Shown here piece by piece: positions 30,078 to 39,067 of a DNA stretch of 39,067 bases. The notes under the pieces were generated by a model that searched no databases, was not told where the DNA came from, and was given only the letters and a program-made list of their open reading frames with translations. Within the stretch, counting starts at the first letter, position 1, and the number at the start of each line of letters is the position of its first letter. Source of the DNA: Chrysochromulina tobinii (lineage: Eukaryota); assembly GCA_001275005.1 (NCBI GenBank), contig JWZX01002840.1, positions 1 to 39,067 on the forward strand, given 5' to 3'. The position numbers and the translations under genes are program-made.

Positions 30078-32707
30078 CTAGTGGCGATCGCGATCGCGAT
30101 GATGACGATGGCCATCCCCGTCGCGCCTCGACCTATCGCGGTCGCGGTCGCGGTCGCGGTCGCGGTCGCGTCGGTCACGGTCGCGGTCGCGGTCGCTCCG
30201 ATCCCGGTCGCGATCCCCATCCCGGTCGCGATATCCATCCCGATTGGGGCCGCGGTCGCGGTCGAGGTCGCGGTGGTGACGGTCCCTGTCACGGTCGCGG
30301 CCCCTATCGCGCTCGTCACGGGATTCGTCACGGTGCTCGTCACGGCGCTCGCCACGGTGCTCGTCACGGCGCTCGTCCCGGTGCTCGCCACGGCGCTCAG
30401 CCCCCTCGTGACCTCGCTCAGATCGTGTTTCGTCAAAGACCTTCTGGTGCGGCGGTGCTGCCTGCTCGGCTGCCGTCGTCGCACCCTCCGCCGCCGAAGG
30501 CGTCGGTGCCCAACTCGGCGCCGAAGGCTTCGGCGCCCGACTCGGCGCCGAGTTGAGCGCTCTTGCCGGCGGTCTGACGCGCCACTGCTTCTCGCGATCC
30601 ATCACCTCGACCCCCATCGCCCGCAGCGAGTCACGCAGAGCGTCCGCTGTGGGGAAATCGCGCGCTCGCTTGGCGGCGTGCCGTTGATTGAGCAGCTCAT
30701 CCACCCGTGACACGTCGATCGGCGCAACGTCTCCGGGCTCCCGGGTGTAGTCATGGCCGCTGCCAGCGCCGCCGTTGCCCTTGCCGCTGCCAGCGCCCTT
30801 GCCAGCGCCGCCAGCGCCCTTGCCAGCGCCGCTGCCCTTCGCGCCGCCGCCGCCCTCGCCGCCCTCATACCTGTCCTCAGCGGTCGACTGCTTCCGCCTC
30901 GCCTTGTTCCACAGGCGCGCGACGGACTGCGAGAGGTCATGAGAAGGTCATGAGAAGGTCATGAGAAGGTCATCAGAAGGTAATGAGGAGGCACTCAGGC
31001 GCGCGACGGACTGTGAGAAGCCGAACCCGATCGGCATCAGCGGCCCTCATAGGCCCTCAGCGGCCCTCATAGGCCCTCAGCGGCCCTCATCGGCCCTCAT
31101 CTCACCTGTGAGAAGTCCACCTTGATGCGCCGGTCGTCGATGAGCGCGCCGTCCATCTTGAAGTACGCCTGCATGCTCCCATCAGTCGCACTCAGCGGCA
31201 CGATCAGCAGCCATCAGATGCCATCAGCGGCCCTCCGAGGAGGTCATCAGCGCTCATCAGCGCTCATCAGCGGCCCTCCGAGGAGGTCATCAGCGCTCAT
31301 CAGAGCTCATCAGAGCTCATTCGAGGAGGCCGGCGCACCTGCGTGCAGCTCGCGACGTCTTCAAATTCGATGAACGCGTAATTGAGCGAATCGCCCGTCT
31401 TATAGTCGCGCACGACCGCGCATTCCTTGATGGTACCGAATCGGCTGAAGATGAGCTCGAGGTCCTCGTCCTGTGTCACCGGGTTGAGCTTGCACACGAA
31501 GAGCACATTCTCCGGAGGGGCGAGGTCCGCATCTGGCAAATCTCCGAGCATCTCGAGGACCTGGGCGCGGCTCGCAGCTGCCTTGGCCGCGAGCGCCTCC
31601 TCTACCTGCCGAGTCGCGAGCTCATGTCAGTTGGGGAAGGAGATCAGCGAGGCCATCAGGGTGTTCTCACGAAGTAATCACGAAGTAATCACGGAGTACT
31701 CAGGGACTCAGGGAGTACTCAGGGAGTACTCAGGGACTCAGGGAGTAATCAGGGAGTACTCAGGGAGTACTCAGGGAGTACTCAGGGACTCAGGGAGTAA
31801 TCAGGGAGTACTCAGGGAGTACTCAGGGACTCAGGGAGTACTCAGGGAGTAATCAGGGAGTACTCAGGGAGTACTCAGGGAGTACTCAGGGAGTAATCAG
31901 GGAGTACTCAGGGAGTACTCAGGGACTACTCAGGGAGCCCAATCCGAGCTCCTCCGAGCTCATCATCAGTGCTCATCAGTGCTCATTCGTGCTCATCGGT
32001 GCTCATCGGTGCTCATCGGTGTGGTGTGCATCAGTGCTCATCAGTGCTCATCCGTATGAAAGCGCCGCGATGGGCACCTCCTCGGCTGTTCGCCCGTCCG
32101 CTTCGGTCTCTAGCGACTCGCCGTCGGCGAGGCGCTCGCGATCCTGCTTGAGGACGAGGGCTGAGGGCTCGGGCGAGGCGTCCGGCACGACCATCCCCGG
32201 CGGGTCCTCGTACGGGTCATCCAGCACGATCGTATGCCGGATGCGGATGTTTTGGTACGGCCGCCCGTTGGCGTCGGCATACGCATTCGATATGGCGCGC
32301 GCGACCTCGAGGCCCTCCGTCACCTCGCCAAAGAGCGTGTACCGGTCATCGAGGTGTGTCTGGTCGTCTGCTACCGTGATGAAGAACTGCGATCCGTTGG
32401 CGTTCGGCCGTGCCGACGCCATCGACACGCAGCCCGCCTTTGTATGCCGCAGCTTCCGGTGCAGCTCGTCATCAAAGTAGCGCGCCTGTTCGCCGTAGAG
32501 CTGTGCATACAAGGACTCGCCGCCGGTGCCCGTACCTGTCGGGTCGCCCGTCTGCACGAGCGAGCCGGCCTGCACGTTGTGGAAGAGCGCAAAATTGTAG
32601 TACTTGGTCTTGCACAGCTTGAGAAAGTTTTTGCACGTCACCGGGCATAGGTCGGTGTAGAGGTCGATGACAATGTCACCGAGGCTCGTCTCGAGGAGGA
32701 CCGACAT
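30078..32707 (-). CDS. PPIL4: Cyclophilin-RRM protein PPIL4/Cyp59/Rct1 (exons 32707-32078, 31605-31339, 31168-31106, 30926-30078)
   Basis: [17 protein letters not shown]...NFLKLCK cyclophilin domain; [15 protein letters not shown]...[31 protein letters not shown]-rich tail. Three phase-0 GT-AG introns restore one open frame. Confidence 0.95.
31670..31940. repeat. Intronic minisatellite (TCAGGGAGTAC)n with 8-11-nt variants
   Basis: More than 20 tandem TCAGGG-based units inside PPIL4 intron 1. Confidence 0.95.
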
Positions 32708-33546
32708 GGGAGTGGGGGCGGAGTGGGGAGATGGTCGTGAGGTCGTTTGTGGGCGGAGGTGGCGGCGGCGGCTTCGGCGGCCGCGCGTTGCCGACGTCAG
32801 GGATTGTCCTCTTTTTTCTGAAGAGGCGCTTCACAAAGTCTTCACAATGCTTTCACATGCGTCTGATTCGTCACATCCAGACCGCAGCTGCGCCGCGAGG
32901 GAGTGGTCGTAATGCCCACGGTCAGAAACAGTTCTCTCAAAACTTGCCAAAACTCATCACCGGATGGACCTTTTTATGGAAACCCTTCATGGCGTCTTCT
33001 CAAATTGGTGGTGGTGGTGCTGCGGGCACCGAGTTCTTCCGAAGTAGGACACAGCTGGAAAGACATGACTGGAAACGTCAAGCCGATGTTTGAGGTGCAA
33101 ACGCCAATCGCTATCCCGCAAAATCTTTGGCAAGATGTCGGGCAGAACGCGGCCGCAATTGTGCAATCCGAGACAAATGAGTGGACGAGACTAAAATGAG
33201 GAGAGTGACCTATGTTGAGGTCTGGTAGGGTGTGTGTGTCGTCTGAACTCTCTCAACTCAGCTTCTGAAAGGGCTCCGGGACCGGGTCGCGTGCGCCGCG
33301 AGATGTCAGGCTCAGGGACCCGTGTGCCGTGTGCGCTGTGCCGACGACAGCCTGTCAACTGGACCGCGACGACCCTGACAGTCCGGACTGCGTCGCGTGT
33401 AGTCACGCCCGGACACACTGACAAAGGAGCGCATCGAGTCCGAGAGGGTCAACACACAAGAACGCGCAGCGGCCACAGCGCTGCTATTATCATTGCATAC
33501 ACGCGTCGCACGCCCCTAGAATGCAGATGGATGCGCCTTACGGACG

Positions 33547-35633
33547 CTAATACCTCGGGGGCATGCCCAGCGCGGGAAATTCTGGATTCCGGATTCCCGC
33601 CGCTATGCCGCGAACCACGTTTCGGTACCACGGGCGATTGGAGCGCGCACCGCCGGGGTGCAGATAGTACTCGGAGTTGGCGAGGCGGCGCAAGGCCATG
33701 ATCGCTTTGATGTAGAAGAGGCTGACCAGTAGAATGTGAAGCGCGAAGAAGAAGGCGTACACTCCTCCGATCGAGGTCGTGTGGAAGCTGGGCCTGTCGT
33801 CGACCCTCGTGTTGCCCAGGGCCGAGCGGATGACTCGCAGCGCGTGCGCAATCGCGGTGGCCGCAAAGCTCACGCCCCCCCACAACATGGCGCCGCCGAA
33901 GTCCTTTTGGACGACAGTGTACAGCCCGAGCGTGAAGGGCTGCGTTTCGGTCACCATGATCACGAAGGGGATGAAGAAGATGGGGCGCAGAAGCCCAGGC
34001 ACCACCACGAGCGCGAGGGAAAGATATAGATCCGAGGCCTGCGGCCAGAAGCGAGGGTTCGAAGCGAGGGACGCGCGGCCCCGAACCGGTGAGAGAGAGA
34101 GAAGAGGAGGAGGGAGGAGATGAGGAGAGGCAGCGGCGCTCGCACCCCATCAAGGATCACGGTGTCGTTGTATAAGTTGCAGATGGCGTCGAGCACGAGC
34201 ACGCACATCGCCGTGCACACGCGCCCGGCGTACTTCTGTCGATGGAATGCATGCAAAGGCAGCGGCTGCCGTGCAGGGGTACCATCGGGAGCACGTGGTG
34301 CGGGCCTCGCCATCTTCATCTGCATCCGGTACGACCAAGAGCCAACAGCCAGGCTGAGGCCGCCCTCGACGGACGACCCCAGCCCGAGTAGGTGTTCCTG
34401 TAGGTCGATGACACTGCCGTCGCCAAACAGGTAGCCGCCCGCCGCGGCGCGTTCGGCCACCTCGGCGCCCATGGACGACTCCGCCGGCCGGACCGTGGCA
34501 CGGCTGCCGGTGCCGGAGACTACGAGGGCGAGAGATCGAGGCGGAGCTTCCTTGGTCGAGTCGGGCGGCGGCTCGAAGTATTCGTCAAGTGTTGGCACAA
34601 AAGCGAGCACAGCGCCGACGACACTCAGAATCTGCGCCGAAGCAAAGCGAAGCGACGCGAAGCCTATGAATGGCGCTGAGTGACATTCCGAGGCCATCAC
34701 AGGGCAAGCAATCAGACGTACCTCGAATGCGATGAGGAAAGCAATCAGACTCGCAATCAGACGTACCTCGAATGCGATGAGGTACGGCACGAACTCCATC
34801 CAGGTCACCTTGAGGAGATCAAATGGCGTGCTCTGCCCCGGGATTCCGATGGACGGGTGAAGGGCGCGGAGGTCCGCCTGTTGCGGCGTCGCGAGGACCC
34901 AGGGTGTGGAGCGGCCCGCGAAGGCGATCCACACCATCGCAAAGTACACGAGCTGCAGCGCCTTGTCCACGTAGTATTGTGACGGCTGCAGAAAGTAGTG
35001 GTTGCCCCTACTGCGCGCGAGATGAGAGCACGTGAAGCCCACGAACGCACCCAGTGACAGCCAGAGCTTCAGACGGTAGAAGTCGAGCGCGGCCGGCGCG
35101 TACAGATACAGCGGCGTGAGCGGGGTCGGGCGGAGCGAGTAGCCGATGTACACGAGGAGCCCCGCCTCCATGGTAGCCAGCCCGACGAGCACGCCAGCAG
35201 CAAAGCGCGTCGGAGCGACAGCTATGTGGAACAGAGCGGAGGCGAGCTGCAGCTCTGGGGCCATGGGCGGCTGATAGGAGTTGGGCGGATAGGACGGGCG
35301 ACCGCCAAACGGCTGCCATATGCCATACGGCTCACTCTGCCGCGGCTGCTCCATAAATTTGCCGCGTGCGTGGTCGCCGCGGATGCTGTTGAGCGTGTTG
35401 CTGATCGCGTTGCCTCTGCGGTCGAGAGTGTTGCTGAGCGCGTTGCCGCTGCGGAGGCTACCGCCACTGACGCTGGTGGCGCTGCCCACGGAAGTTGTGC
35501 CGAAGCCGTCCACGCGCTCGAAGCTGCCCTTCACCTTTTGGCGGTACACGTGGTCGGCGTATCCGAGCGGCGGCGCCATTCGATGATGCTCGATCGGCGG
35601 CAACGGGGTCGAAGGCGGGGGAAGACGATCCAT
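33547..35633 (-). CDS. Multi-pass membrane protein with C-terminal TMEM138-like domain (introns 34766-34632 and 34145-34039)
   Basis: VLVLDAICNLYND, ETQPFTLGLY..V.KDF and FYIKAIMALRRLANSEYY parallel TMEM138 motifs (D...N, TF.FQAGL, RL..P.FY). The GT-AG intron 34145-34039 joins ORFs 33960..35633 and 33547..34008 in frame. Confidence 0.7.
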
Positions 35634-36479
35634 ATGAGTGCACCGTGCTCGAGTGCGTGCTCAGCGCTTTTGTTGATACGGGTGCTCAGGTGCACTACCC
35701 CCACCGGTGCCAGAACGCGAACGGCGTGGTCGAGCACGACCTGTCGCGCGACCGCGCTCGATCCTGCAAGTTCATTCATGTTCATACACACAACACGTAC
35801 AAAGCCCAGAAGAGAAGACAATACAAGACCCCGAAACAAGGCCCCGAAGGGAAACACATGCAGGCAGAGAGCCGAGAAACAGCCTATAAGAGAAGATCAT
35901 TCATTGCAACTTGCAACACGTGTCGCGTCTGTCGTGTTAACGTTCACGTAAACAGCACAACTGTGCGGAGACGGATTGGCGGGTGTGGCGTGAAGCTGCA
36001 ACGCCTGAAGGGCGAAGTGGATAACCCTATCCCCCTTTCGTAATATGGGCAATGTCACAGTGTGAACACACGGTGCACAGAGCGGCGCTAGTACCGAGCG
36101 CCTCCCCACAGGAACCCATTGACGAACCCAATGGCATCTGGCGACACCTCCTTCCCTCAGGAGATTTTCAAGCGTCACGTGACCGCGATGCGGATCGGCT
36201 ACGATCACGCGACGATCGCTCTCCCCCCTCCCACCCAGCGACAAACCGAGGGCGCGAGCGCGCCGCATCGCCAGTACCGGCTACCGTTCTACCGGGCGAA
36301 GGCAGCGCGCCCGCGACGGCGCCCATCGCAATAAACATCCGACGCGAGCAGGCAACAAAGGCCACAGCGCCGGGCCAAGGCTGCGCGCTCGCGACAGCGC
36401 CAAGGCGACGCGCCCGCGACGGCGCCAACACGCGCGATAAATTACGAGGCGCATGCAGGCACCGCCCGGCCAGACAGCT

Positions 36480-39067
36480 CGCGATGGCTCATCGGCCTGA
36501 TCATGATTGCATCATGATTACGTCATGATTGCTCACCGAGGGGGCTGCCGAGAGGCGGCCAGCGCCTCGCTCGCGCGCAACGCGAGCCGACCGCCCGCTA
36601 CAAGCGAATCAGAGGTTGAGTGCCAGTGATGGCTCATCAACCTTAATCAACCTGATCATGATTACGTCATGATTACGTCATGATTGCTCACCGAAGGGGC
36701 TGCCGAGAGGCGGCCAGCGCCTCGCTCGCGCGCAACGCGAGCCGACCGCCCGCTACGAGCGAATCAGATGCTGAGTGCCAGTGATGGCTCATCAACCTTA
36801 ATCAACCTGATCATGATTGCATCATGATTACGTCATGAGTGCTCACCGAGGGGGATGCCGAGAGGCGGCCAGCGCCTCGCTCGCGCGCAACGCGAGCCGA
36901 CCGCCCGCAACGAGCGAATCAGAGGCGGAGTGCCAATGATGGCTCATCAACCTTAATCAACCTGATCATGAGTTCATCATGATTACGTCATGACTGCTGC
37001 ACTGCTCACCGAGGGGGCTGCCGAGAGGCGGCCAGCGCCTCGCTCGCGCGCAACGCGAGCCGACCGCCAGCTACGAGCGCATCAGAGGCTGGGTGCCAGC
37101 GATGGCTCATCAACCTGATCATGATTGCTTCGTGATTACGTCATGATGGCTCACCGAGGGGGCTGCCGAGAGGCGGCCTGTGCTTCGCTCGCGCGCCACG
37201 CGCGACGACCGCCAGCTACGAGCGCATCAGAGGCTGAGTGCCCCTGATGGCTCATCAACCTGATCGTGATTGCATCATGATTACCTCGTGATTACCTCGT
37301 GATTGCTCACCGAGGGGGCTGCTGAGAGGCGGCCTGTGCTTCGCTCGCGCGCCACGCGCGACGACCGCCAGCTACGAGCGCATCAGAGACTGAGTGCCAG
37401 CGATGGCTCATCAACCTGATCATGATTGCTTCATGATTACGTCATGATTGCTCACCGAGGGGGCCGCCGAGAGGCGGCCTGTGCTTCGCTCGCGCGCCAC
37501 GCGCGACGACCGCCAGCTACGAGCGCATCAGAGACTGAGTGCCCCTGATGGCTCATCAACCTGATCGTGATTGCATCATGATTACATCATGATTACGTCA
37601 TGAGTGCTCACCGAGGGGGCTGCCGAGAGGCGGCCTGTGCTTCGCCCGCGCGCCACGCGCGACGACCGCCAGCTACGAGCGCATCAGAGGCTGAGTACCC
37701 CGGATGGCTCATCAACCTGATCATGATTGCATCATGATTACGTAATGATTACCTCGCGATTGCTCACCGAGGGGGCCGCCGAGAGGCGGCCTGCGCTTCG
37801 CTCGCGCGCCACGCGCGCCGACCGCCAAACCGCCAGCTACGAGCGCATCAGAGGCTGAGTGCCCCTGATGGCTCATCAACCTGATCGTGATCGCATCATG
37901 ATTCCGTCATGATTACCTCATGATTGCTCACCGAGGGGGCCGCCGAGAGGCGGCCTGTGCTTCGCTCGCGCGCCACGCGCGCCGACCGTCCGCTACGAAA
38001 CAGCTGCGAGCAAATCAGAGGCTGAACGCCATTGTTGGCTCATCAACCCGATTATGAGTGCATCACGATTACATCGTGATAGCTGACCGAGGGGCTGCCG
38101 AGAGGCGGCCGACCCCCTCGGTCGCTCGCTATAGCCACGCGCGCTGACCGCCCGCTACGAACGCGAGCCGACCGCCCGCTACGTGCAAATCAGAGGCTGA
38201 ACGCCATTGTTGGCTCATCAACCCGATTATGAGTGCATCACGATTACATCGTGATAGCTGACCGAGGGGCTGCCGAGAGGCGGCCGACCCCCTCGGTCGC
38301 TCGCTATAGCCACGCGTGCTGACCCGCTACGAACGCGAGCCGACCGCCCGCTACGTGCGAATCAGAGGCTGAGTGCCAGTGATGGCTCATCGGCCTGACC
38401 ATGTCTTCATCATGATTACGTCATGATTGCTCACCGAGGGGGCCGCCGAGAGGCGGCCAGCTCCTCGCTTGCGCGCAACGCGAGCCGACCGCCTGCTACG
38501 TGCGAATCAGAGGCTTAGTGCCAGTGATGGCTCATCGGCCTGATCATGATTGCATCATGAACATTACGCCTCGATCGCTCACCGAGGGGGCTGCCGAGAG
38601 GCGGACCGCGCCTTGCTCGCTCACTCACTCGCTGTGAGCGCACCCGCTAACGAGCGCCTCAGGGGCTGAGTGCCAGTGATGGCTCACCGACCTGATTTCG
38701 TCATGATTGCTCACCGAGAGGGCCGCCGAGAGGCAGCCACCGGCCAGCGCCTCGCTCGCTAGCCACGCGCGACGACCGCCCGCTACCAGCGAATCAGAGG
38801 CCGAGTGCCCCTGATGGATCATCAACCTGATCATGATTGCTTCATGATTACCTCGTGATTGCTCACCGAGGGAGCTGCCCCAGAGGCATACCAGAGGCAG
38901 CCAGCGCCTCGTTCGCGCGCAACGCGAGCCGACCGCCCGCTACGAGCGAATCAGAGGCTGAGTGCCAGTGATGGCTCATCAACCTCATCATGATTGAATC
39001 ATGATTACGTCATGATCGCTCACCTACGCTCACCGAGGGGGCTGCCGAGAGGCGGCCTGTGCTTCGC
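36480..39067. repeat. Tandem satellite array, at least 17 monomers of ~130-175 bp (mean ~156), running off the window end
   Basis: Anchor CTCACCGAGGGG (with minor variants) at ~36532, 36687, 36842, 37005, 37150, 37306, 37451, 37607, 37763, 37927, 38083, 38258, 38430, 38578, 38710, 38862 and 39029. Confidence 0.97.

Noticed and set aside
30030..30710. Hydrophobic VAVAVA ORF on the + strand
   Set aside because: Antisense shadow of the PPIL4 RD-repeat tail.
31169..31338. CTGATGAG units as a hammerhead core or C/D-box snoRNA
   Set aside because: No GAAA partner or closing stems. The motif is a tandemly repeated minisatellite without an evident guide sequence.
31427..31852. ORF with [10 protein letters not shown] repeats
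   Set aside because: Translation of the intronic minisatellite antisense to PPIL4.
32731..33199. Short overlapping ORFs upstream of PPIL4
   Set aside because: No recognisable motif or coherent gene model; unresolved.
36480..39067. Hammerhead ribozyme or CRISPR in the satellite
   Set aside because: The closest minus-strand match is CTGATGC-stem-GAAG, not the conserved CUGANGA...GAAA core. Inter-repeat segments are homologous to each other rather than unique spacers.

Overview
GC-rich, gene-dense eukaryotic nuclear DNA with mostly intronless genes and a few GT-AG spliceosomal introns. Composition, secondary-plastid-style signal peptides and repeat-filled introns point to a haptophyte alga (Chrysochromulina-like; inference). 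About 18 protein-coding genes are supported: a fasciclin, a choline-transporter-like (SLC44) protein, a dienelactone hydrolase, two EF-hand proteins, two J-domain proteins, NOP10, a HAT/TPR (HCF107/Mbb1-like) protein split by a 2-nt frameshift, a DOT1-like methyltransferase, a HEAT + 2OG-Fe(II) dioxygenase fusion, a 3-exon NDUFA3-like gene missed by the ORF track, PPIL4/Cyp59, a TMEM138-like protein and several hypotheticals. The non-coding structure is the most interesting part. (1) Introns built from 10-11-nt TGA(T) minisatellites contain copies of their own flanking exon sequence, including an exact 25-nt copy of the spliced exon-exon junction inside PPIL4 intron 3. (2) A 479-bp foldback/MITE has 84-bp perfect TIRs. 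(3) A ~156-bp x17 tandem array at the right end has monomers made of conserved hairpins. (4) A dispersed GTGTCCCGG...TTTT motif lies downstream of genes. No CRISPR array, rRNA or tRNA was recognised.
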